Source: Bacteroidota bacterium (GTDB lineage Bacteria > Bacteroidota > Bacteroidia > Bacteroidales > Prolixibacteraceae). From it: a stretch of 64,000 bases of DNA. The notes below the pieces were generated by a model. That model saw only the letters and a program-made list of their open reading frames with translations, was not told the DNA's origin and made no database searches. The position numbers were made by a program, and so were the translations under genes. Shown here piece after piece: positions 1-7,973 of the stretch; positions within the stretch are counted from its first letter, which is position 1; every line of letters begins with the position of its first letter. The stretch spans positions 10,322 to 74,321 of the forward strand of contig JAJUGZ010000003.1 in assembly GCA_029265715.1 (NCBI GenBank), given 5' to 3'.

Positions 1-1
1 C

Positions 2-304
2 GGCTATATCGAAGTTGATAAAGGGTACAATTGGGACCCTGCTTCTTTGGTCCCGGAGATCAAAAAAGAGAACATTTTAGGGATTGAGGCTCCACTTTGG
101 TCTGAGACCGTCACTAATCTGCAGGAAGTTGAGTTATTAGTCTTTCCTCGGTTACAGGGTTATGCCGAGATTGGATGGACCCCGGCCGGTCTCCGGAATT
201 GGGATGAATATAAATTACGCCTGGCCAATCACGGTGAACGGATGAAAGCTCGCGGCATTAATTTCTTTGCTTCAAACGTTGTTCCTTGGGAACTTCAGAA
301 GTAA
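2..304 (+). CDS. beta-N-acetylhexosaminidase (GH20), C-terminal part; 5' end lies outside the window
   Basis: Frame open from position 2: GYIEVDKGYNWDP...ILGIEAPLWSET...FPRLQGYAEIGW, typical GH20 C-terminal motifs. Confidence 0.85.
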   Translation, partial: GYIEVDKGYNWDPASLVPEIKKENILGIEAPLWSETVTNLQEVELLVFPRLQGYAEIGWTPAGLRNWDEYKLRLANHGERMKARGINFFASNVVPWELQK

Positions 305-325
305 AGGGAGCAAACACAATATTTG

Positions 326-361
326 AAAAGGAAGCGCTCGCTTGGGGGCGTTTCCTTTTTT
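326..361 (+). terminator. intrinsic terminator
   Basis: AAAAGGAAGCGCTC / GGGCGTTTCCTTTT hairpin followed by a T tract, just after the GH20 stop. Confidence 0.8.
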
Positions 362-400
362 GAATCTGATAATTTCAATCGTTTTCGAGTTGTATTTTTT

Positions 401-408
401 TACATTTG
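401..408 (+). promoter_or_regulatory. Bacteroidota sigma-A -7 element, probably giving a leaderless ispE mRNA
   Basis: TACATTTG matches TAnnTTTG and ends 4 nt before ATG 413. Confidence 0.65.
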
Positions 409-412
409 CAGC

Positions 413-1234
413 ATGATTTCATTTCCAAATGCCAAGATAAACCTGGGGCTCTACGTTACTGAAAAACGCCCCGACGGGTTCCACAACCTTGAAACGGTTT
501 TTATACCCATCGACTGGAAAGACGCCCTCGAATTTGTTGAGGCCCCGGAGACCCAGTTTACCTCGAGCGGCCTTGTTATTGAAGGCGATCCGGAACAGAA
601 TCTTGTGATGAAAGCCTATCGGTTGTTGCAATCACAATACGGTTTACCGGCGTTGCACATTCACTTGCATAAAAACATTCCTTTGGGGGCTGGTCTTGGC
701 GGAGGTTCTTCTGATGCCGCCTTTATGCTGAAAATGCTGAACGAATATTTTCATTTGGGGCTGACAGGAGATGAGTTGGAACAACATGCAGCCAGGCTGG
801 GTAGCGATTGCCCTTTTTTTGTTCGGAACCGGCCTGTTTTTGCCCGGGGGCGTGGTGAAATCATGGAAGATATCAGGCTAAAAATGTCCGGGTTAACCTT
901 GGTGGTTGTAAAACCACCGGTGCACGTAACAACCGCATTGGCCTTTAGAAATGTAATTCCGCAAAAAACGCGCATCTCGATAAAGGCTTTGGTTAACTTT
1001 TCGGTAACAAGATGGAACGGCAATATTAAGAACCAGTTTGAAGGCTCCGTTTTTCAGGAATTTCCAGAGATTGGGAAGATAAAAGAGCAGTTGTATGCTG
1101 CTGGGGCCCAGTATGCTTCCATGTCGGGCAGCGGCTCTGCCGTATTTGGCATTTTTGAGGGTGAGCCAGATAGTATTTCAAGCCTGTTTCCTTCGGATTA
1201 CATAACATTCAGGCAACCTTTGCAATTCCGTTAA
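413..1234 (+). CDS. ispE: 4-(cytidine 5'-diphospho)-2-C-methyl-D-erythritol kinase
   Basis: FPNAKINLGL, KNIPLGAGLGGGSSDAA, LGSDCPFF, MSGSGSAVF GHMP-kinase motifs. Start moved from 323 to ATG 413. Confidence 0.95.
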   Translation: MISFPNAKINLGLYVTEKRPDGFHNLETVFIPIDWKDALEFVEAPETQFTSSGLVIEGDPEQNLVMKAYRLLQSQYGLPALHIHLHKNIPLGAGLGGGSSDAAFMLKMLNEYFHLGLTGDELEQHAARLGSDCPFFVRNRPVFARGRGEIMEDIRLKMSGLTLVVVKPPVHVTTALAFRNVIPQKTRISIKALVNFSVTRWNGNIKNQFEGSVFQEFPEIGKIKEQLYAAGAQYASMSGSGSAVFGIFEGEPDSISSLFPSDYITFRQPLQFR

Positions 1235-1278
1235 GATTTCTTTAAGAAAACTTTCTTTTTTATTTAACGACCTCTGGA

Positions 1279-1304
1279 GTAACTTTTTAGCTGTTTGGCA
1301 GTCT
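1279..1304 (+). promoter_or_regulatory. candidate ECF-sigma promoter
   Basis: GTAAC-N16-AGTCT resembles the ECF AAC/GTC consensus; no TAnnTTTG seen upstream of the 1363 gene. Confidence 0.35.
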
Positions 1305-1362
1305 TAATAGCGAAAACAGTTAAGAAAGAAGAGAAACAGAAAAACAATTAAAATTGAAAGTT

Positions 1363-1626
1363 ATGAAAGCAAAGTTAAACTCCCTGATCGCAATTGTAGT
1401 ACTTGGCCTGATTGGCCTGGTGAACATCAATGCAACCGTTGATCATGAAGCAGAAAAACCGATTGTCGTAACTGCCGATGCAGATAAAGAACTAACGGTT
1501 GAACCTTGGATGATTGACGAAAGCTACTGGGACAACGAGAAAGCTGAAATCGTTGCAACAGCCGACAGCACTGATGAACCGCTGACCGTGGAAAACTGGA
1601 TGGTTAATACAACCATCTGGAAATAA
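1363..1626 (+). CDS. small secreted protein with two L-T-V-E-x-W-M-x4-W repeats
   Basis: Signal peptide MKAKLNSLIAIVVLGLIGLVNINA; repeats ELTVEPWMIDESYW and PLTVENWMVNTTIW; A-rich initiation region and downstream terminator. Confidence 0.8.
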   Translation: MKAKLNSLIAIVVLGLIGLVNINATVDHEAEKPIVVTADADKELTVEPWMIDESYWDNEKAEIVATADSTDEPLTVENWMVNTTIWK

Positions 1627-1651
1627 AGGGAAAGGAAACAAGAGAAAAGGG

Positions 1652-1678
1652 AGGGATCAAAAAATGATCCCTTTTTTT
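1652..1678. terminator. terminator between convergent genes
   Basis: AGGGATCA-AAAAA-TGATCCCT plus T tract, with an A-rich left flank. Confidence 0.7.
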
Positions 1679-1694
1679 ATGTCTTTATTTTCGT

Positions 1695-3164
1695 TTAACG
1701 AAACAAGTGATACGTTGCGCCAATGGTGAAAGCCAAGTTAGTTTTGTCGTACGACTCTTTGTAGGCAATACCCTGATAGCTGCTTTCTTTATAGTTGCTG
1801 TCATAAGCCGTATACAAACCGCCCAAATCCAGATCGAATTTCTCATTGACTTTGAACATGAGCCCGAACCCAACCGAGTTTCCGGTAAGGCTGAAACTGA
1901 TGTCTGACTGAAAATCACGGCCAACTCCGGTAACGGTGTGCATGTAACCGGCGCTGATTTTTGTGATGTCTGATACCTGATATTCCATTCCGAACGCCAG
2001 TTCATAAAGGTTTTTTTCGACACTGTTTTCGCGGCCGTCCCAGTCGGCATTTTTATCGAAGTAATTGGTAAATGAAGCGGATACATTCAGGTTGTCAAAC
2101 AACTTGTAGTCGACGCCGCCAGCCAGAATCGCCGGAATATCGTTTCGATAAGTGTCTCCGTCTGGGAATTGGTTTATGTCGTCTTGCCTGGTGTGATTTT
2201 CAAGTTTGAGCTTGGTTTTAAATTCGTAGCGAACCCCCATGTTAAGTTTTTCTGTCGGATGAATATTTAACCCAAAGATCGGAGCAATTCCGTATCCTTT
2301 TTGTTGGGCGTCAACCAATTTGTCGCCTAACGTACCGGCAGTAGCCGAGGCAGTAGCTGCTTTGGCATTCATTATAGCAGCAGCCTGCCCAAAGGTCGTC
2401 CCAGAAGGAAGTCTGGCACTGGCTGCCACATTTTCGGGCATAACCGCGTTGGCCGGATACTGAGCGAATTGTGTTGCCGCTGCAGTAGCTTGGGTTGCCA
2501 GCGAATTTAGCAGGACGGCAGCTTTTACGCTTTGCCCGCCCGACAAAACGCTGATGTTTTGGATATGTCCGTTGTATTTGTTGGTGGCGTCAATAACCCG
2601 AAAACCTGCAGAGGCCGCAACGGTCTCGTTTATGTTGTATGATGCATTAACCTGAAAGCCCAAATAAACAGAAGATCCTTTGAAGTACAGGTCGGTCGAG
2701 TAGCCTGTAACCGGTACTCCCAGTTGGTTTAGTCCGGCCGGGAGCATTGAAAATGGTATTTCAAACGAAGGGAGGCCATTTTTATATTCAGCAGTTCCGC
2801 CTCCGGCATTTACTCCAAAACCGAATGACATAGCCAGTTTGTCTTTTTTATAGACTGCGAAAGCTGATGGGAAAGCTGGAATGGTAACCCCGCCATCGTA
2901 AGTCGACTGGTTTAAAAGGGGAAAATTGTTTTCGATGGTCCGGGTTTGAAAAATACTTTGGTTGTTCAGCGCAAAGTGAAATCCATCTTTCATTTTCATT
3001 AAACCGGCGGGGTTGTAGTAAACGCCGTCAATCTCTGTCGATGCGTTTCTGGAAAGCATTCGGATGAATTGCGAACTTTGGTTTGAGTTTGTCAGGATAC
3101 CCCCAGCCATTAACCGACTGGCAATAAGCATTGGAAAAATACTCAGGAATACAAATTTCTTCAT
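1695..3164 (-). CDS. OmpP1/FadL/TodX-family outer membrane transporter
   Basis: Signal peptide, RNASTEIDGVYYNPAGL hatch motif, amphipathic beta strands, C-terminal YHLFR. Start ATG 3164 (MKKFVF). Confidence 0.85.
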   Translation of the reverse strand: MKKFVFLSIFPMLIASRLMAGGILTNSNQSSQFIRMLSRNASTEIDGVYYNPAGLMKMKDGFHFALNNQSIFQTRTIENNFPLLNQSTYDGGVTIPAFPSAFAVYKKDKLAMSFGFGVNAGGGTAEYKNGLPSFEIPFSMLPAGLNQLGVPVTGYSTDLYFKGSSVYLGFQVNASYNINETVAASAGFRVIDATNKYNGHIQNISVLSGGQSVKAAVLLNSLATQATAAATQFAQYPANAVMPENVAASARLPSGTTFGQAAAIMNAKAATASATAGTLGDKLVDAQQKGYGIAPIFGLNIHPTEKLNMGVRYEFKTKLKLENHTRQDDINQFPDGDTYRNDIPAILAGGVDYKLFDNLNVSASFTNYFDKNADWDGRENSVEKNLYELAFGMEYQVSDITKISAGYMHTVTGVGRDFQSDISFSLTGNSVGFGLMFKVNEKFDLDLGGLYTAYDSNYKESSYQGIAYKESYDKTNLAFTIGATYHLFR

Positions 3165-3203
3165 AGTGCAATGATGTAATAGTTTGATAAAGTTGTAAGC
3201 CAG

Positions 3204-3211
3204 CAAAGTTA
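3204..3211 (-). promoter_or_regulatory. -7 promoter element of the fadL-like gene
   Basis: TAACTTTG on the minus strand, about 40 nt upstream of the ATG. Confidence 0.6.
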
Positions 3212-3237
3212 TAATAATATTGAACTGCACTTTGTTT

Positions 3238-3256
3238 TATGTTGAAAATCAACATA
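3238..3256. promoter_or_regulatory. perfect palindrome, candidate transcription-factor operator
   Basis: TATGTTGA-AAA-TCAACATA overlapping the upstream promoter region of the fadL-like gene. Confidence 0.5.
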
Positions 3257-3420
3257 TTACAAAATAATTAAACAAAGGGTTCGTTTGGTCTAAAAAATCA
3301 ATATCGCGTGAGCTTAATTTGACAAACGCTTCAATATCAAAATGATTCATTGAGTGGGAAGATAAATTTACCGTCAATGGTAACCGCCAATCACTCCTCG
3401 TCTGCCAGCGCCATACGTCT

Positions 3421-3453
3421 CATCTCTCTATCCGTAACGAGTGGGGGGTGAGT
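3421..3453. repeat. degenerate REP-like element of the ...GGGGTGAG type
   Basis: CATCTCTCTA...GGGGGTGAGT resembles the ends of the element at 32273-32326. Confidence 0.3.
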
Positions 3454-3587
3454 CAACACGGATCAATAAAAAATGAGGCATCCTTTTTTTTGATTACTTA
3501 CATCGGACTCGTGTTGTTAGATAAATTGCACATTGACAGCGGGAAAGGTCGTTGAACAGATGGGGAACAGCTCTCAGGTGGAAGGAG

Positions 3588-3622
3588 AAAAAAGGCCTTT
3601 ACTTGTATGAAGCAAAGGCCTT
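3588..3622 (-). terminator. intrinsic terminator
   Basis: AAGGCCTTTGC / GTAAAGGCCTT stem plus T tract on the minus strand after the stop at 3626. Confidence 0.75.
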
Positions 3623-3625
3623 CTA

Positions 3626-4921
3626 TTATGTTTTGTGTTTTTTCTTTTTGGCTGCGGGGAATAAAACATTATTCAGAATAAGCCGGTAGCCAGGCGAATT
3701 GGGATGCAGGCTCAGGTCGGTCGGCGGATCGCCCACAAAATGGCGGTAGTCTTCCGGATCGTGTCCGCCATAGAACGTCCAAAATCCTTTTCCCAGCTCG
3801 CCATGAATATAGCGGGCCTCGTTGGCTGCTTTGTTTTCGCCCATTACTAACACATTCGGTTTGATAAAGTCCTTGTTATAAGCGGTTGTTTGTCCCATGA
3901 AGCCTTTAATCATATTGGTGTGGTTCTGGCACAGCATACACGGAACAGGGTCCCATTTGGCCGAAAACTCAAACAGATAGAAGTAATCTTCTTCACGCTG
4001 TACTTTACGAGATGTAGACACGTCGATGTTTGAAAATTCGTATTTATAGGGATCCCGCTCAATGGTAAAATTCTGAAAGGCCATGGTTTTGTTAAAATCA
4101 ATTTTTTTGTTGACTTCCGGGTCGGCCGGATCGCCATCAAATATCGATTCGCACAGATCCAGGTTCTCGGCCGAGCGTGCAATGTCGTAGGTATCGGTTG
4201 CCGCGCACATGGCAAACAAGAAACCTCCGTTTGCGACAAATTCCTGAATTTTTCGGGTAACGAGCGACTTCATTTCCGATACTTTCATAAATCCCAGCTT
4301 TTCGGCCATGGCTTTGTTGATGCGCACATCTTCCTGATACCAGGGCATGTGCTGATAAGCGGCGTAAAATTTCCCAAACTGCCCTGTAAAGTCTTCGTGG
4401 TGGAGGTGCAGCCAGTCGTAATCCGATAATTTCCCGTTCAGGATCTCTTCATCGTATATGACATCGTATTTTATTTCGGCGTAGCTTAAAACCAATGTTA
4501 CGGCATCGTCCCACGGTTGTTTGTTGGGTGGAGAGTAGACCGCGATTTTGGGTGCCTTTTGCAAGCTGACCGCATCCTGATTAACATCGTCGCGCGCGAT
4601 TTCGGTGAGCATATTATTTGCCTGGCCGTCAGCTAATTTTTCGACTGAAACGCCACGAATCAAACATTCGTTCTCTATATCCGGAGCATATTGAACTAGA
4701 AAACTTCCTCCCCGGTAGTTGAGCAACCATTTAACTTCGGTTCCTTTGGTAAGGGCCCAATAAGCAATTCCATAAGATTTCAGGTGATTTTTCTGTTTCT
4801 CGTCCATCGGGATCAGCAGGTAGATTGCCTGGGCCGATTGGATAATCAGTAAAAAAACGATCAGGAAAGAAACAAAAATGTGCTTCTTAAAACGGAATGT
4901 TATCGTTACCCGGTTTTCCAT
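3626..4921 (-). CDS. conserved Bacteroidota exported protein with a class-I GATase-like domain (I recall this family being labelled 'asparagine synthetase B')
   Basis: Signal peptide, LIPMDxxQKNHLKSYG, WLHLHHEDFTGQ, FAMCAATD nucleophile-elbow-like Cys; overlaps the dnaB 3' end by 35 nt. Confidence 0.75.
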   Translation of the reverse strand: MENRVTITFRFKKHIFVSFLIVFLLIIQSAQAIYLLIPMDEKQKNHLKSYGIAYWALTKGTEVKWLLNYRGGSFLVQYAPDIENECLIRGVSVEKLADGQANNMLTEIARDDVNQDAVSLQKAPKIAVYSPPNKQPWDDAVTLVLSYAEIKYDVIYDEEILNGKLSDYDWLHLHHEDFTGQFGKFYAAYQHMPWYQEDVRINKAMAEKLGFMKVSEMKSLVTRKIQEFVANGGFLFAMCAATDTYDIARSAENLDLCESIFDGDPADPEVNKKIDFNKTMAFQNFTIERDPYKYEFSNIDVSTSRKVQREEDYFYLFEFSAKWDPVPCMLCQNHTNMIKGFMGQTTAYNKDFIKPNVLVMGENKAANEARYIHGELGKGFWTFYGGHDPEDYRHFVGDPPTDLSLHPNSPGYRLILNNVLFPAAKKKKHKT

Positions 4922-6443
4922 AATCGCTAAATTGTTGGTTGTCAAAGTGGTGGTTGACAGGCATTGTTCCGCCAGAAAAGTCACTATCTTGGTTCATCTT
5001 CGAACTAAATTTGTTGCCCAGCATTCCGCCGCCAATTTCGTGCGGGATAGCATTGTCGAGGTCGGCAAATTTGGCCATGTGTTTTTTGAACGACAACTGC
5101 ACATCGCCAACGGCTCCGTTACGGTGTTTGGCAATGATAATTTCGGCCACCCCGATCAACGAATTACCGGCATCATCTTCGGTAATTCCATAATATTCCG
5201 GACGGTGAATGAAACAAACGATATCGGCGTCTTGTTCGATAGCTCCGGATTCCCGAAGGTCGGATAGTTGCGGGCGCTTTCCTTCGCGCGATTCGACCGA
5301 ACGGTTCAGCTGGGAAAGCGCCAGGATCGGGATGTCTAACTCTTTGGCAATGGCCTTGAGCGAACGGGAGATGGTGCTTACTTCCTGTTCGCGGCTTCCG
5401 CGGTTGTCGCCTCCGGCCGTCATCAACTGAAGGTAGTCGACAATAACGGCTGAAATATTGTGCTGCATTTTCAACCGACGGCATTTGGCCCGGAATTCAA
5501 ACACCGAAAGGGCGGGCGTGTCGTCGATAAAGAGGGGTGCTTCTTCCAGTACGCCGATCTTGCGTTGCAGGTGTTCCCATTCCCAGTCAACCAGCCGTCC
5601 GTTCTTGATTTTTTCTGACCCCAGTTCCGTTTCGGAGGCAATCAGACGGTTAACAAGCTGGAGCGACGACATTTCAAGCGAGAATACGGCAACCGGTTTT
5701 TTATGGTCGACTGCCATATTGCGGGCCATCGACAAAACGAATGCCGTTTTACCCATCGACGGGCGGGCTGCAATGATCACAAGGTCGGTTTTCTGCCATC
5801 CGGAGGTAACACGGTCGAGTGCAGTAAACCCGCTTGGAACGCCACTCAATCCGTCTTCGCGCTTCGAAGCCTGCTCAATCAAATCGGATGCTTCTTTTAG
5901 CAATGGTTTAATCGGTACGGTTTCTTTTTTGATATTTCCCTCGGCTACTTTAAACATCGATGTTTCAGCAAAATCAATCAGGTCGTCAACATCCATTGTG
6001 TCGTCGTAGGCCTTGGTCTGAATTTCGGTTGAAACACGGATCAGTTCGCGCTGCATGAACTTTTGAGCAATGATCCGGGCATGGAACTCGATGTGGGCTG
6101 CCGAGGCCACTCGCGACGTAAGCTGGGTAATGTATAGTGGCCCGCCGACTTCGTCGAGTATGTTCCGGTTTTTTAATTCCTGGGTCACCATTAGCAGGTC
6201 GACCGGTTTTTCGTGGGTCGATAAATACTTGATGACTTCAAATATTTTCTGGTGTTCTTCTTTGTAGAAACTACGGGTGTCGATGATGTCGGCTACTGCG
6301 ATGTAGGCGTCGCGTTCAAGCATTAGCGCGCCCAGAACGGCTTCTTCAACTTCAATGGCCTGTGGTGGCAGCTTGCCATATTGCGCATTGAGTTGCTCGA
6401 TGGGCGACATTTTACTCGGATTTTGTTTCTTTTCTCCGGCCAT
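4887..6443 (-). CDS. dnaB: replicative DNA helicase
   Basis: PPQAIEVEEAVLG, AARPSMGKT Walker A, IVDYLQLM, SQLNRSVE, SDLRESGAIEQDAD. Confidence 0.98.
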   Translation of the reverse strand: MAGEKKQNPSKMSPIEQLNAQYGKLPPQAIEVEEAVLGALMLERDAYIAVADIIDTRSFYKEEHQKIFEVIKYLSTHEKPVDLLMVTQELKNRNILDEVGGPLYITQLTSRVASAAHIEFHARIIAQKFMQRELIRVSTEIQTKAYDDTMDVDDLIDFAETSMFKVAEGNIKKETVPIKPLLKEASDLIEQASKREDGLSGVPSGFTALDRVTSGWQKTDLVIIAARPSMGKTAFVLSMARNMAVDHKKPVAVFSLEMSSLQLVNRLIASETELGSEKIKNGRLVDWEWEHLQRKIGVLEEAPLFIDDTPALSVFEFRAKCRRLKMQHNISAVIVDYLQLMTAGGDNRGSREQEVSTISRSLKAIAKELDIPILALSQLNRSVESREGKRPQLSDLRESGAIEQDADIVCFIHRPEYYGITEDDAGNSLIGVAEIIIAKHRNGAVGDVQLSFKKHMAKFADLDNAIPHEIGGGMLGNKFSSKMNQDSDFSGGTMPVNHHFDNQQFSDYGKPGNDNIPF

Positions 6444-6507
6444 ATCAGGATTTTAAAAGCTTTCAGGATTTGTAATGCCCCTTCTCCGGAAAAGAGGAGA
6501 AAGGTCT

Positions 6508-6515
6508 CAAAGGTA
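6508..6515 (-). promoter_or_regulatory. -7 promoter element of dnaB
   Basis: TACCTTTG on the minus strand. Confidence 0.6.
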
Positions 6516-6716
6516 TAAAAAAAGAGACCGACGGGCTTCCTTTGGATATTTAAGTTATCGACAAAATTTAGATCTGCCGGAACAACGTATCGGTCATTTT
6601 GCGATTCCGCGTATGGTTTGATGCTTTGTCAGCCGATATATCGCAGTGCCGCATCTTTGTTCTGCTCGACCGGTTCTACAGCACGTTTGGCGTTTCCAAA
6701 TAAACGACCGTGTTTT

Positions 6717-6781
6717 CAAACCCAACGGGTTTGTATGTAGAATGCCAATCGCGGGCAATACGTGCGACCCCGCCTGGGTCG
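6717..6781. repeat. REP-like double hairpin
   Basis: CAAACCC-AAC-GGGTTTG and CGACCC-CGCCT-GGGTCG in tandem within a 450-bp intergenic region. Confidence 0.5.
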
Positions 6782-6844
6782 AATTATCCCAGATCCCTAT
6801 CGCGTAATTTGGGTTTAAGACAGTTTTTGAGTCTTTCGGGCAAC

Positions 6845-6871
6845 AAAAAAAGGGGGCCATTGAGCCCCCTT
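6845..6871 (-). terminator. intrinsic terminator of the ddl operon
   Basis: AAGGGGGC / GCCCCCTT stem with T7 tract on the minus strand. Confidence 0.8.
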
Positions 6872-6894
6872 CGATGTATTGTGTGACAGAAGTC

Positions 6895-7881
6895 TTACTT
6901 CAGTTTATCTTCGATAATCAGGCTTATAATGTCTGACAGGTTGGAGCCCATGGCCGCTATTTGTTGTGGTACAAAGCTGGTTGCTGTCATGCCTGGCGTT
7001 GTGTTTGCCTCCAGGAAGTAAAATTCGCCGTCGCGCAAAATGTAGTCGATCCGGACGATACCCTGGCAGTCGCATAAGGTATAAATGCGGGATGAGAGTT
7101 CCTGGCATTTTTTAGTCAATTCTGGAGAAAGGCGGGCCGGGGTAATTTCTTCGGTCATGCCCTGAGTGTATTTGGCTTCGAAGTCGAAAAATTCATTTTT
7201 CGGAAGCACTTCGGTGATGGGGAAAATAATCTCGCGGTCGGAAAGTTTCACTAATCCGCAGGTAAATTCTTTGCCGTCGATAAATTGTTCGGCCAGCACA
7301 TCATGGCTTTCCTGGAGCGCTTTTTTTATGGCTTCGTCTAATTGGTCGGCTGTTTTTACTTTGGTTACCCCAAAGCTCGATCCGCTGGTGTTGGGCTTTA
7401 CAAAAATCGGAAGTCCCAGTTCGTTGATAATAGATCGGGCGTCGACCAGATCGCCTTTCAGTATGCGAATGGATTTGGCCATTTTTATCCCGAAGTTCCG
7501 CAGGTAGTTCGAACAGAAATATTTATTGAACGTCAGTGCGCTTGACTGGACGCCGCAGGTGGAATACGGAAGCCCGATCAGGTCGAAATAGCCTTGCAGG
7601 CGGCCGTCTTCGCCCGGGGTTCCGTGAATAATGATATAGGCGAAATCGAACGTGATTTTTTCACCATTCAGGCTGAACGAGAAATCGCTTTTGTCAATGG
7701 ATGTCAATTTTTCGTCGCCGGCATACACGTCCCATTCCAATCCGCGAACCTGCACCTTCCATGCATTAAATTTCTCGCGGTCGATCGAGGCAAATACGTT
7801 TTTGCTGCTTTCTACCGAAACCACATATTCTGATGAATCGCCGCCAAAGACAACGGCAATATTTTTCTTCTTGCACGACAT
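6895..7881 (-). CDS. ddl: D-alanine--D-alanine ligase
   Basis: VFGGDSSEYVVS, IHGTPGEDG, KPNTSGSSFG, EANTTPGMT. Confidence 0.96.
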   Translation of the reverse strand: MSCKKKNIAVVFGGDSSEYVVSVESSKNVFASIDREKFNAWKVQVRGLEWDVYAGDEKLTSIDKSDFSFSLNGEKITFDFAYIIIHGTPGEDGRLQGYFDLIGLPYSTCGVQSSALTFNKYFCSNYLRNFGIKMAKSIRILKGDLVDARSIINELGLPIFVKPNTSGSSFGVTKVKTADQLDEAIKKALQESHDVLAEQFIDGKEFTCGLVKLSDREIIFPITEVLPKNEFFDFEAKYTQGMTEEITPARLSPELTKKCQELSSRIYTLCDCQGIVRIDYILRDGEFYFLEANTTPGMTATSFVPQQIAAMGSNLSDIISLIIEDKLK

Positions 7882-7915
7882 AATTTTTTAGATAATTTTC
7901 AGGATTAATGCTCCG

Positions 7916-7923
7916 CAAAGGTA
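7916..7923 (-). promoter_or_regulatory. -7 promoter element of ddl
   Basis: TACCTTTG on the minus strand. Confidence 0.55.
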
Positions 7924-7973
7924 TGTTTTCGGCTTATATCTGCCGTCGAAATCATGCATAAATTCCGGATAAA

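Noticed and set aside
323-412. Upstream extensions given by the ORF track (ispE 323, fadL 3230, carboxyltransferase 15353, phosphatase 34174, murG 57402, ftsA 60663)
   Set aside because: They cross terminators, promoter elements or upstream genes; downstream ATGs match family N-termini
3260-3590. Small RNA in the fadL-upstream region
   Set aside because: Only a degenerate REP-like stretch was recognisable; no promoter-terminator pair delimits an RNA
4878-6267. Long antisense ORFs opposite dnaB (and similar ones opposite mmdA/pccB, guaB, murG, ftsZ)
   Set aside because: Shadow frames of conserved genes; no start context or motifs
6594-6860. 88-aa minus-strand ORF between ddl and dnaB
   Set aside because: It starts inside the ddl terminator, crosses REP-like hairpins and has no protein-like motif
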